Notes: generated by a model from the sequence alone, not told the origin. A DNA stretch of 64,000 nucleotides from Eledone cirrhosa (GCA_964016885.1 OZ024752.1:24800001-24864000); one strand, 5' to 3'. Counted from the first letter of the stretch, positions 1-21,630 are shown. Program-made: numbers and translations.

Positions 1-954
1 CTCTTCACCAAACTACACACACACCAGTACACCACACTCCCTCCATAGAACCACACACACCCTTCTCTCCCCGCTCCACACTCACTCATCCCACTAACAC
101 CCCTACTAATACACACACACACACACACACTCACTCCAACTCTCACACCTACCCATCCTCGCCTCCCTACCATTCCACCGACTGCTGCTATGCCCTTCCG
201 ACCACCTCTCAGCACCAACTGACCACAGCACTCCCACTGCTGACCACTTCCTGTTGCGCGCGCACCCCACATCTTTCCTCTTCCGACCACCGCTTCTTGG
301 ATTACCCACACGCGAAATTGACTTCTAACCAAATCTCCAAACATCCGTGGAACTTACCAACTTTTCAACCATCCTCTTACGCCATCACCTATATAACTCA
401 CCCACACACACACCCCCAAAAATTTTTTTTTATCCACACGCCACCCACACCACAACACGCTTAAACCACACACACGTGCTTCCCACCACATATTTACACC
501 CTCAGCCTCCTGATTCCTCTCCCCCCACCCCCCTATCCACACACGCACAGACACTCCGACCCACAAAAACACCCCCCACACACACCTTCCTGAACATGCA
601 ACCCCGTTCTTCCCCCAACCCTCACTTTCACATACACACACACACACACACGCACACCTAACCACACACACCACCTTCAGTCCTCCCCGCTCGGACACCC
701 CGTCTCCCTCTCCCCACTCCACCCCTACTCACCCTACACCCTTCCACCACCTGTTTACCCCCCTTTTAATTTCAGTTCATTTTGATCATGCCTTTATTTT
801 TAAATTTTCTCATTCCTTGTATTTTGATCATGCTTTATTTTTATTTATTATATTTTTTGTCTTTATTTGTTAATTTTTCATTCGCACCGTTTCCTTTCGC
901 TATATGTCTCTCCACCACTCCCCTACACACCTTTTGAACTCTGTTCCCACACAC

Positions 955-992
955 TTCTCACCTGAAGAAGGGCTTATACCCGAAACGTCGTC
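955..992 (+). ncRNA. Minimal or degenerate hammerhead motif, probably the pLTR relic of another PLE
   Basis: CTGAAGA-a-ggg-cttata-ccc-GAAA-CG-TC; stem I is only 2 bp; AATAAA follows at ~1028. Confidence 0.45.
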
Positions 993-1077
993 CCCCACCT
1001 ACCCCCCACTCTCCTGAGCGTGAATTTAATAAACATTTATTGTACTGCCTCTCTGTTCTGTCCCTGTTCAATTTTTC

Positions 1078-1120
<43 letters not shown>

Positions 1121-1122
1121 AT

Positions 1123-1167
<45 letters not shown>

Positions 1168-1403
1168 AATGTATGTATGTGTATATGTGTATATATGTGT
1201 ATGTGTATGTAAGTGTACGTTTTATATATATGTGTATATGTATATATGTATGTGTGTGTAAGTATGCTTTTGTGTTTTTGTGTGTGTGTTTGCATGTGTA
1301 GTTTTATTTTATTTTTCCTTTCCTTCTCCCTTCTCCAGCCTCACTTTCATATAGATTGCATTTTTGTTTTTTAAAATCCAAATTCAATAAACAAACCAGG
1401 ATT

Positions 1404-1465
1404 TTTTCATTCTGAGGATTGAAAGCAAAACCTTTTGCTTTTAAGAAACCACTGGTAAATGGAAT
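1404..1465 (+). ncRNA. Type I hammerhead ribozyme in the 5' pLTR
   Basis: catt-CTGAGGA-ttgaaagcaaaa/ttttgcttttaa (stem II)-GAAA-cca-c-tgg-TA-aatg; predicted GUA cleavage after 1457. Confidence 0.85.
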
Positions 1466-1683
1466 AATTGCCTTATGTTGTTTATTACATAATAATAATA
1501 ATTAAGCTCTGTTGCCTACATAGAGCACTCTTTTTTCCTGGACTTTTCCGATGGAATTACTTCATTTATACAGCTCCAACCGGGATTGATCGAAGCATAT
1601 TCTATATTACATATACGATTGGCACTTTCCAGCCCCATTAGTTGAGCACTCTACAGTTTTCAGGAATTTAACCAACATACACC

Positions 1684-3812
1684 ATGGACCTTTATGATTT
1701 GGATTATTCAATCAAAAATATACCCACTCCTTCCAACACAACTTACACCAAAATCCTCATAGATAAAATCGAACAAGTCGTTAAAAGAATGAGATGGAAG
1801 GCAATGGTTTACGATGGACTATTCAGTGCTGATACTAAAGATTGTTTTGACATTAAATCCCGTAAATATCCACCTAGAATTAAAGACATGGCCAACTTCG
1901 AATTAGACCTCGTTAATCTAATTAGTGATATCAAATTTCGTAAGTACAATAATAACTTTCAAACTAAACTTTCTAACGATATTTCTAATTTTAGAAATTC
2001 TACAAACACTTTCGTCCTTTCTGATAAAACTAAAAACCTCTTTGAAGTTAATAGTAATTTGTATAACCAACTTTTAACTAATAGTATTACCAATAAATAT
2101 CAATTAACTAATAATAATACCTACAATACTATCAATAAAGAAGCTAAAGAACTAGCTAGTTCTTTACAAATAGATAACCGGATTGAAAGCTTAGCTAAGC
2201 ATAAAGCATATATTACCCTTAAAGACCATAAATTGGACTTTACTAATCGACCTAGTTGTAGACTGATTAACCCGGCTAAATCCGAGGTTGGCCTTGCAAG
2301 TAAGAAAATCTTAAGAAAAATAATTCTCCAAATTAGAACTAACACTGACCTATCACAGTGGCTAAATACTTCCTCTGTTATTTCTTGGTTCAATAATATA
2401 CAAGGTAAAAATAAGTGTAGATTTACCCAATTTGATATTGTCGATTTTTACCCTTCTATTACTGTTTCCTTATTAACTAATGCCTTAGATTTTGCAAGAC
2501 CCTTCATTAATATCTCCAAATTAGAAGAGGACATTATCTTTCATGCTAGAAAAACTTTACTTTTTACTAATGATAATATTTGGGTTAAAAAGTCAAACCC
2601 TGAAAACTCTTTTGATGTTGCAATGGGTTCATATGACAGTGCGGATGTGTGTGACTTAGTAGGATTTTTCCTTCTTCACACACTCAAAGAGAAATTTCCG
2701 TCCCATAATATCGGTTTATACCGTGATGACGGATTAGCAGTTTCTCATACCACCAACGGCCATAACCTTGATAAATTCCGTAAAGATTTAATCAATACTT
2801 TTGCTAATCTTAACCTTAAAATTACTATAGATACGAACCTTACTAATGCTAACTTTCTTGATATTAATCTTGATCTACTTACTGCCTCTTTTAAACCCTA
2901 TCATAAACCTAATGAAAATCTTAGGTATATACACAAAGAGTCTTGCCATCCCCCTATAGTTTTTAATAATCTTATTCCTAACATTAGCCGTAGGATTTCT
3001 ACCTTATCTTCGTCTATAGACATTTTTAATAAAGCCGCCCCTTATTATAATAAAGCCCTTAAGAACAGCGGTTTTACAGAAAAAAATTCTTATTTACCTA
3101 CCCCCCTAAAACTAACCATAATAACAGGAAAAGGAAGATTATTTGGTTCACACCCCCTTTCTCTCTAACTGTCAAAACTAATGTAGGAAGGAAATTCCTT
3201 GAACTATTAGACAAACATTTTCCTCCTAATCATAGATATTATAAGATATTTAATAGGAATGTAGTTAAGATCAGCTACTCTTGTTGCCCATCTATGAAGT
3301 CCAAAATCACCAGTTCAAACCGTACGAGAATAAATCCAGGATGCAGTTGCAGGAAGCCGGATGAATGCCCATTGCAGAGTAAATGTAATACCAAATCTGT
3401 CGTTTATGAGGCTAAGATAACACCAGTAATCAACAACCAGCCAGCCAGGAGTGAGCGATATGTCGGTATGACCCAGGACAGGTTTAAAACCAGATTTTAC
3501 TCACATGTCGCTTCTTTTAAGCACTCCGATAAACGAACATCAACGGCCCTCGCAAGTAAGGTGTGGGATCTCAAGGATAGTAACATCCCGTACTCTATTG
3601 ATTGGTCTATATTAGACCATTCGAGGGAGTACCAAAGGGGCACAAAGAATTGTTCTTTGTGTACCACAGAAAAGTATAGGATTTTGCTAAACTTGAGAGC
3701 CACTTCCGCTTGCCTTAACTCAAAGACTGAGATCTTCAGATGCTGTCCTCATCTGAAATCGCATCTGATCTGTAACTGGATTGACACTCCTATGATAAAT
3801 CAACCGCCTTGA
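1684..3812 (+). CDS. Penelope-like element RT-GIY-YIG polyprotein (probably Naiad clade), split by one -1 frameshift near 3080-3106
   Basis: ORF 1684-3168 has PLE RT motifs ([34 protein letters not shown]). The -1 frame reads [38 protein letters not shown] without stops into ORF 3294-3812. That ORF has a CSC..CPL..C linker, VVY..YVG (GIY-YIG), CSLC and CPH motifs. Confidence 0.9.
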
Positions 3813-4001
3813 ACTCCTACTCTGCTCTTTACTTCTGCTACGGTTTTTATTTTGCTGATTCTACGTTCTGTACTCTTGTATATTTACTTTTTTTTTTCTC
3901 CCTTACCTCCCCTTATATTTTACCTCCTCTTATGCCCCCCCCCGCCCATATATTCTTTTTGTTTTGCCCTTCACATACCTATGTGTATGTATATGTATAT
4001 T

Positions 4002-4118
<117 letters not shown>

Positions 4119-4185
4119 ATGTGTATGTGTATATATATATATATTTGTGTGTGTATATGTATGTATATGTGGATAAACAAGGTTT

Positions 4186-4247
4186 TTTTCATTCTGAAGA
4201 TTGAAGGAAAAATTTTTTGCTTTTAAGAAACCACTGGTGAATGGAAT
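4186..4247 (+). ncRNA. Diverged hammerhead copy with GUG at the cleavage triplet (probably inactive)
   Basis: CTGAAGA..GAAA-ccactgg-TG-aatgg; G at position 17 violates the NUH rule. Confidence 0.65.
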
Positions 4248-4412
4248 AATTGCCTTATGTTGCTTTATTACTTTACTACTATATATACGTTTATGTAAGG
4301 TTCATTTGAATTATCTAAGACATGTATATGTGTGTGTGTATGTGTATATGTACGTCTATGCATATATATATATGTATGTATATGTATGCGTGTATGTATG
4401 TGCGTGTGTGTG

Positions 4413-4445
<33 letters not shown>

Positions 4446-4579
4446 GTGTTTGTATTTGGTTGTGCGTGTTTATCATATATACGTATTTGCATGTATATAA
4501 TTGTTTAGCTATGTATGTAATTGTGTGTGCATGTATACGTATATGTGTGTGTGCGTTTATATTTTTGTATATATACTAC

Positions 4580-4615
<36 letters not shown>

Positions 4616-5020
4616 ATATAATTACATATACATGTGTGTGTGTATATATTGTATACGTGTGTGTGTTTGTGTATGTATGTGTATGTATGTGTTTATGTAT
4701 TTGTATATGTATATTTATGTGTGAGAGTGTGTGTATGTGTTTACTATTTCGTACGTATGTATACGTGCATTTGTGTGTATTACTTACCACGCGTGTCTGT
4801 CCGGTTAGCTGCCTCATGTAACGTTGTCAAAAATATTTTTTAATATATATATATTTTTTTTCTTATATTTATTTGCGTGTGTGAATATGTAGAGGAGTGC
4901 ATTTATGTATGTGTATGTATGTACGTTATGTATGTTTGTGTGAATGTATGTATGTATATGTGTGTGTGTATGGCTATGTTTGTGTATGTGTATGCTTGTA
5001 CACACACATATGTATGTGTA

Positions 5021-5111
<91 letters not shown>

Positions 5112-5372
5112 ATGAATGTATGTATGTGTATATGTGTATGTGTATGTAAGTGTACGTTTTATATATATGTGTATATGTATATATGTATGCGTACATATAT
5201 ATATGTATATATGTATGTGTGTGTAAGTATGCTTTTGTGTTTTTGTGTGTGTGTGTGTTTGCATGTGTAGTTTTATTTTATTTTCCCTTTCCTTCTCCCT
5301 TCTCCAGCCTCAATTTCATATATATTGCATTTTTGTTTTTTAAAATCCAAATTCAATAAACAAACCAGGATT

Positions 5373-5434
5373 TTTTCATTCTGAGGATTGAAAGCAAAAC
5401 CTTTTGCTTTTAAGAAACCACTGGTAAATGGAAT
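5373..5434 (+). ncRNA. Type I hammerhead ribozyme (3' pLTR copy)
   Basis: Same sequence as 1404-1465. Confidence 0.85.
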
Positions 5435-5488
5435 AATTGCCTTATGTTGTTTATTACATAATAATAATATATATATATATATATATTA

Positions 5489-5564
<76 letters not shown>

Positions 5565-5828
5565 AATGTATGTATGTGTATATGTGTATATATGTGTATG
5601 TGTATGTAAGTGTACGTTTTATATATATGTGTATATGTATATATGTATGCGTACATATATATATGTATATATGTATGTGTGTGTAAGTATGCTTTTGTGT
5701 TTTTGTGTGTGTGTTTGCATGTGTAGTTTTATTTTATTTTTCCTTTCCTTCTCCCTTCTCCAGCCTCACTTTCATATAGATTGCATTTTTGTTTTTTAAA
5801 ATCCAAATTCAATAAACAAACCAGGATT

Positions 5829-5890
5829 TTTTCATTCTGAGGATTGAAAGCAAAACCTTTTGCTTTTAAGAAACCACTGGTAAATGGAAT
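5829..5890 (+). ncRNA. Type I hammerhead ribozyme (terminal 3' pLTR copy)
   Basis: Same sequence as 1404-1465. Confidence 0.85.
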
Positions 5891-5993
5891 AATTACCTTA
5901 TGTTGTTTATTACAAAATAATAATAATTAAGCTCTGTTGCCTACATAGAGCACTCTTTTTACCAGGACTTTTCCGATGGAATTACTTCATTTA

Positions 5994-12016
<6,023 letters not shown>

Positions 12017-12797
12017 CACAGGACCAGGAGGGACCGATATCCCCGTGTCAAAATCGATACGAGACCTGGGCATAGACATGAGCGATGATGCATCTTTTTC
12101 TTCACACATCATGAAGGTGGCGACAGCATGTAGACGATTCGCTGGCTGGATCTTGAGGACTTTCCTTACAAGAGATCGAGACACCATGTTGACACTGTGG
12201 AGGACTTTTGTCCTAAGCCGCCTGGACTACTGCTCCCAGCTGTGGTCACCCCATAGTGTCAAACTAACCACAGAGCTTGAGGTAATCCAGCGAAGCTACA
12301 CCAAGAGGATTGCCAAGATGAGGGAGACAAGCTACTGGGAGAGGCTGAAGGAACTGAACCTCTACTCCTTGGAGCGAAGACGGGAGAGATACGCAGTGAT
12401 CTACATGTGGAAAATCCTGGAGGGACTAGCACCAAACTTTGGCATTGGGAGCTGGACCAACCGTCGAACAGGACGTCACTGTGTGGTGCCAAAGGTCCCC
12501 GTCTTCCACATCTAGAATAAGGAGCAGGTATTGCAATAGCCTGGGATTCAAGGGCCCTCAACTCTTCAACAGGCTGCCGAGGCATCTGCGAGACTTGCAT
12601 GACGTGGAGGTGGATGTCTTTAAGAAACATCTCGACACCTTGTTATCCAGGATCCCGGATGAGCCCACAGCAAGACACGAGGGAAACCTAAGGGCAGCAG
12701 CAACAAACTCCCTCCTACACCAGTGGCCAACCTATACAGGCTGGAGATAAAATGTGTAGCAACAAGGGCGGTGCCCCAGCATGGCCTCAGCCGGATG
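12017..12797 (+). mobile_element. 3' fragment of a second, related CR1/L2-group LINE (frameshift ~12500), ending at the gap
   Basis: [54 protein letters not shown]. Confidence 0.85.
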
Positions 12798-12997
12798 NNN
12801 NNNNNNNNNNNNNNNNNNNNNNNNNNNNNNNNNNNNNNNNNNNNNNNNNNNNNNNNNNNNNNNNNNNNNNNNNNNNNNNNNNNNNNNNNNNNNNNNNNNN
12901 NNNNNNNNNNNNNNNNNNNNNNNNNNNNNNNNNNNNNNNNNNNNNNNNNNNNNNNNNNNNNNNNNNNNNNNNNNNNNNNNNNNNNNNNNNNNNNNNN
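12798..12997. other. Assembly gap (200 N)
   Basis: Run of N. Confidence 0.99.
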
Positions 12998-13197
12998 CCG
13001 TTGCTTAAACCTTTTTTGTTTGTTACCCTGGCGTCCCCTTTGTTTACGTGTCGCAACGACTTTTTTTAGCCGTTGTTCGCACCAACCTGAGGCATATGGC
13101 CCTTAAAGCGATGAAATGCCTGGACGGTTGGAGGGTCACTGATGAAGGACTTACTTTTTCATATGCCCAACCATTTGCAACAGGCAGCCTATTATTA

Positions 13198-16488
<3,291 letters not shown>

Positions 16489-16709
16489 AATTAAGTTAAG
16501 ATGTACATCCATATATGTATACTGAAATACTAGTATGTATATGAATACACACACGTATACATATGTAGGTGTACCAAGTTTTTTTCACTGGTCACTTTAC
16601 TGTGAGTGGCCAGCTATTCTGTATGTAAACACACAGACAAACCGGTTTTAGAGTCATACTGGTTTTTGAGGAAACACCTCTCCTCTATTCTACAGAAAGC
16701 CAGACAAGG

Positions 16710-16754
16710 AATATTGAACTAGTTTCGTTGTTGTTACAACTCATCAGCAATATT
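16710..16754 (-). ncRNA. Type I hammerhead ribozyme with palindromic stem III
   Basis: Reverse complement: aatattg-CTGATGA-gttgt-aaca-acaac-GAAA-ctag-TT-caatatt. Confidence 0.85.
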
Positions 16755-17176
16755 TACCTATCTCCGGCCTCTCTAGAGAATCGTAAAAGCACATATCGTT
16801 ATATGCTTTTTCTATGAAAATTAGTAGTGGGCAGACTACTTGCATAGAGTGTGAGTAAGTACCGGTTCAACGGAGACGATAAAAACAAATAACGAAACGA
16901 AATTAAATTTCGTTTCGTTTGTAACTCACTTTTGTATGACTGACGCTTAAACAATTAAGTTAAAGATGTACATCCATATATGTATACTGAAATACTAGTA
17001 TGTATATGAATACACACACGTATACATATGTAGGGTGTACCAAGTTTTTTTCACTGGTCACTTTACTGTGAGTGGCCAGCTATTCTGTATGTAAACACAC
17101 AGACAAACCGGTTTTTAGAGTCATACTGGTTTTTGAGGAAACACCTCTCCTCTATTCTACAGAAAGCCAGACAAGG

Positions 17177-17221
17177 AATATTGAACTAGTTTCGTTGTTG
17201 TTACAACTCATCAGCAATATT
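17177..17221 (-). ncRNA. Type I hammerhead ribozyme (second unit)
   Basis: Identical to 16710-16754, 467 bp away. Confidence 0.85.
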
Positions 17222-17456
17222 TACCTATCTTCCGGCCCTCTCTAGAGAATCGTAAAAGCACATATCGTTATATGCTTTTTCTATGAAAATTAGTAGTGGG
17301 CAGACTAACTTGCATAGAGTGTGAGTAAGTACCGGTTCAACCGATTCATTTTTTGTATATATATATGTATATATATATATACATCGTGCAATGTAAAGTC
17401 TGAAACAGCTTGGTACCAGTAACGTCACAGCTCATCATATATATATATATATATAT

Positions 17457-17523
<67 letters not shown>

Positions 17524-17619
17524 AAAAATGAATCAAAACATATCAAACATGTTTAGAATTTTGTGTTTCTCAATTAGCAAGCTCAACAGACAATATCTAG
17601 AGCCATAATAACTAAACGA

Positions 17620-17653
<34 letters not shown>

Positions 17654-17657
<4 letters not shown>

Positions 17658-17823
17658 GTTTCTACTTTTGGCACAAGGCCAGTAATTACGCAGTACATTA
17701 CTGGTACTTTATTTTATCGACCCCGTAAGGATGAAAGGCAAAGTTAACCTCGGCGGGATTTGAACTCAGAATGGCAAGGGCCGTAACTCTGGCATCCGAC
17801 CCTCTACCGACACTGCCAATCCA
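17654..17823 (-). mobile_element. tRNA-derived SINE, family A
   Basis: Reverse complement has an A box (tggcagtgtcgg), a B box (gagttcaaatccc) and the central gcctttcatccttacggggtcgataaaataaagtaccag block. Confidence 0.75.
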
Positions 17824-18006
17824 CATAATGAAATAAATATGGTTTTTTAAATATAGTTTCCATTTGTTAATATCGTGTATATATATATATATATATATAT
17901 ATATTTGGCAGTGTCGGTAGAGGGAAGATATCCGGGAGCTTCCAACAGTAGTGGTTGCATTCTTTAAGGGTATGTCAATATTTATTTATAAAACTGCTCT
18001 ATATTA

Positions 18007-18071
18007 TATTTTATCTGATGAAAGCACACCATAATTTAACTTGGTGTCCTTGAAATATGTATAATGAAATA
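18007..18071 (+). ncRNA. Type I hammerhead in a solo PLE pLTR fragment (~17925-18200)
   Basis: tattttat-CTGATGA-aagcacacca..tggtgtcctt-GAAA-tatgta-TA-atgaaata; homologous to 44485-44760. Confidence 0.75.
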
Positions 18072-18198
18072 AATATGGTTTTATAAATATAGTTTCCATT
18101 TGTTAATATCGTATTTTTACTCCAATTATTTTTTGAGTGCTTTATATCAGTTATAAAAATATTTGCTTGTTGTATCCCAACAATTTAAATAGAACTTT

Positions 18199-18270
<72 letters not shown>

Positions 18271-18300
18271 AACAAAATATGGTTAAAAGAGTTCCATGTA

Positions 18301-18367
18301 TTTTATTATGCGCATTTCAAAAACAAATATCATCATGCAATAATATTTGTGTTTTCATCAGATAAAA
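18301..18367 (-). ncRNA. Type I hammerhead ribozyme
   Basis: Reverse complement: ttttat-CTGATGA-aaacacaaatatt..gatatttgttttt-GAAA-tgcgca-TA-ataaaa; palindromic stem III. Confidence 0.75.
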
Positions 18368-18424
18368 CAGGAAGACATGATATGAAGGTTAAAAAACACT
18401 TGTGGATAGTGCAGTTTTAAATCA

Positions 18425-18463
<39 letters not shown>

Positions 18464-18605
18464 TATTAAGTTGTTAAACAATATTCGATGATTATGTCAA
18501 ACAATGAGTTTTACAGTAGGTTGGAAGCACTCAACGGAAAATAATTTTCACGAGTTATTAATATTAAAATATAAGTATTAATAAAATAGATGTTCTTTTG
18601 ATCAA

Positions 18606-18666
18606 TTACATTTTATTATACATATTTCGGATGTACAACAGTACGTCCTCATCAGACAAAATATAA
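18606..18666 (-). ncRNA. Type I hammerhead ribozyme (left arm)
   Basis: Reverse complement of 20750-20810. Confidence 0.8.
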
Positions 18667-20106
18667 TGATACATGACATACCCTGAGATGTTAAATGGTT
18701 AAGATTTAATCAAGGTAGTGATTACCCGATAACAAATTTTTGCTTATATAATATCTGTGTGAGAGTGCGAAAACGTAATGAATTGATTAGAGAATGTGTG
18801 AGTAAGAAAAAACGTTGCATACTTAAAGTGTTCTAAAATTTTAAATTGTATGATACTATAACTAGGGAAACGTCTCATGAATTATAACAGCCAGTGATAG
18901 CCACTGGAAAAAGATTTATAAGGAGGGAAAGATAAAGTGTGTGTGGGGGGGGGGGGGGGTCGAAAGTTAAACGGTTAGAATTTGGAAATATTTAATTTAT
19001 AATATTAATGTGAAGACTCCAGATTTCAGGATTATTTGTTATTTATTTATATATTATTTATATAAATTTGATAAGTGTGTTATCATTTCTAAACTTCTGA
19101 ATTGTGAGAATAACATTTTAAAGGATTTAGCTGGCACGTAAATAATGAAATATTATACTGTTGATTAATTACCTAAATCTAAACTTTAACAAATATCTCA
19201 ACATATTAGGTATGTAAAGCTTTTGAAGTACTTATTGTTATAAATATTTGAATAACTATTATGTATATAGGTATATATTAATGAGTTAGTATGTATAAGG
19301 TAAAAATAAAATAAAATAATATGTTACGGATAAAATTTATAGATATGTATAATTATTCTTCAACCAAGGTATCAACGTATTATTAGATATAGGGATGTAT
19401 ATATAGAGATATATATTAGGTATTATTAATGTAGTATACTTTAGGTAAATGATAACAGTTATACTCTTAACAACGTGTTACATTTAAATATATATATATA
19501 TACATATAAGAAAAACGAACAATGAGTGCATGTATAAAATTCAAAATAATGTCTATAATAATTTTTAGTTTGGATATTTTCTCTATATTTGAATCATGTA
19601 TATAGAAGTATGGTAGGTATAATTAAAAATATTTAAAAATATATAAAATACAATATATAACTACATATATATTAGAAAACATTATATTATAAATAAATAA
19701 ATAAATAAATAAGAGATCGAAAGTACAGCGAAAAAATTCACATTTATATATAAGTTTGAATCCGTCTCGAATTTAGATATTATAGTGCAGTAAGTATATT
19801 TAAAAGAAATATATGCTATATTATACTATAAATAATAGATCAAAAAGTCATTAAACATTTGGAGTTATAGATAAGTTTCGTAAACATTTTTGGATTGGGT
19901 ATTAAAACTAAAATTTAAAAGAGATTACAAATGTATTAAAAATTCACAGTTCAATAAATTCAATAGATATGTAAAGATTAGATTGTACTAAATTATAGAT
20001 AAATGATGGTGTTGATCAAAGTTAACAAATAAAGTTGTGTGTATCAATGTTTAGGCATGCTAATTGAAATATTGTCATTCATTATAACGTTGTTTTTTCC
20101 ATAGAT

Positions 20107-20270
20107 ATGGGTCGGACGCCATGCTTTCCAGCATAGTTACGTCCCTTTACGATCTGAGTTCAAATCCCGCCGAGGTTGACTTTGCCTTTCATCCTTACGG
20201 GGTCGATAAAATAAAGTACCAGTAATGCACTGGGTAATTGCTGGCCTTGTGCCTAAAGTAGAAACAATTA
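20107..20270 (+). mobile_element. 5'-truncated SINE, family A
   Basis: B box gagttcaaatccc, central block and tail gccttgtgcctaaagtagaaac. Confidence 0.7.
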
Positions 20271-20749
20271 TTTACGTGCCAGCTAAATCCTTTAAAATGT
20301 TATTCTCACAATTCAGAAGTTTAGAAATGATAACACACTTATTGAATTTATATAAATAATATATAAATAAATAGCAAATAATCCTGAAATCTGGAGTCTT
20401 CACATTAATATTATAAATTAAATATTTCCAAATTCTAACCGTTTAACTTTCGACCCCCCCCCCCCCCACACACACACACTTTATCTTTCCCTCCTTATAA
20501 ATCTTTTTCCAGTGGCTATCACTGGCTGTTATAATTCATGAGACGTTTCCCTAGATATAGTATCATACAATTTAAAATTTTAGAACACTTTAAGTATGCA
20601 ACGTTTTTTCTTACTCACACATTCCCTAATGAATTCATTACGTTTTCGCACTCTCACACAGATATTATATAAGCAAAAATTTTTTATCGGGTAATCACTA
20701 CCTTGATTAAATCTTAACCATTTAACATCTCAGGGTATGTCATGTATCA

Positions 20750-20810
20750 TTATATTTTGTCTGATGAGGACGTACTGTTGTACATCCGAAATATGTATAA
20801 TAAAATGTAA
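20750..20810 (+). ncRNA. Type I hammerhead ribozyme (right arm)
   Basis: ttatattttgt-CTGATGA-ggacgtac-tgtt-gtacatcc-GAAA-tatgta-TA-ataaaatgtaa. Confidence 0.8.
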
Positions 20811-20951
20811 TTGATCAAAAGAACATCTATTTTATTAATACTTATATTTTAATATATATATATATATATATATAACGAAGGAAATGTGGTAAGGAACCAG
20901 GTGGACCATAACGCACCAAAGTACTCAATACTTGAGGTAGTAGAGTGGGTA

Positions 20952-21052
20952 ATAGGAACCAGTAAGACCCCGACAGCTGAGCTCAAGCCGTTTCGACGGT
21001 TAATTCGTCGAAACGGCTTGAGCTCAGCTGTCGGGGTCTTACTGGTTCCTAT
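20952..21052. repeat. Perfect palindrome (47-bp arms, 7-nt loop) containing the 3' half of a hammerhead
   Basis: Arms 20952-20998 and 21006-21052 are exact reverse complements; each reads cgtc-GAAA-cggc..gctg-TC-ggggtc. Confidence 0.9.
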
Positions 21053-21209
21053 ATATATATATATATATATAATAATGATAATAATTTCACGGAACTAGCA
21101 AGGGTATCACTGCTAGGAACGATTGCATCTCAGCGTTCTCAATAGGTAATGTTAAATAAACTCCCAGAGTATATTTAACATGTACATCAAAATTAATCGA
21201 TTGGATCAT

Positions 21210-21630
21210 CGATCCAATGGAAGCACTCGATCAAACAGAGCCCTCAGCATGCATTTCAAGCTGCGCTTGTACACTAGCATTGTACTTCCCGTGGCCATCT
21301 ATGACTGTGAAACATGGAAACACATTGTGAAGATGGATAGGTCTCTAAAATACACTGCAGGAGATCATCATGGAATGTTGGTTCCATTTTGCGGGTCATA
21401 TTCTGCAGCTCCCAAAAGGTCATCCGTTCAAAAACGCTGATGACATGGATTTCCCTTGAAGACAAGTGGAAAAGAGGCCAGCCACAGATGACCTGGTGGA
21501 ACACATTCCAAAATGACCCACAAACTGTCAACATTAGCTGGCATGGGTGTCAACAAGCTGTCACCAACTGAAATCATTGGAGACAATTAGTTGGCATATT
21601 CCTGATGAAACAATCTGGAATAAGAACTAA
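21210..21630 (+). mobile_element. Degraded 3' fragment of an RTE-group LINE
   Basis: FKLRLYTSIVLPVAIYDCETWK and KRGQPQMTW motifs; related copies at 46780-47310 (-) and 33035-33165. Confidence 0.7.

Larger units (their letters stand above)
16489..17341 (-). mobile_element. Non-coding ~467-bp tandem repeat (1.8 copies), one hammerhead per unit; retrozyme or tandem pLTR
   Basis: 16489-16871 recurs at 16953-17341, differing mainly by single-base homopolymer indels; (TA)n flanks. Confidence 0.8.
18561..20854. repeat. Long inverted repeat (~585-bp arms at 18561-19146 and 20267-20854), each arm with a hammerhead; inverted-pLTR PLE relic
   Basis: Arms are near-perfect reverse complements. Confidence 0.85.

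Noticed and set aside
1-760. His/Thr/Pro-rich or Gly/Val-rich ORFs; faint GIY-YIG-like STPTADHF
   Set aside because: C/A-biased low complexity; the similarity is too weak to call.
13080-13170. ctgaggc..gaaa and ctgatga motifs after the gap
   Set aside because: The core is non-consensus or lacks a following GAAA/UH; only a weak hairpin remains.
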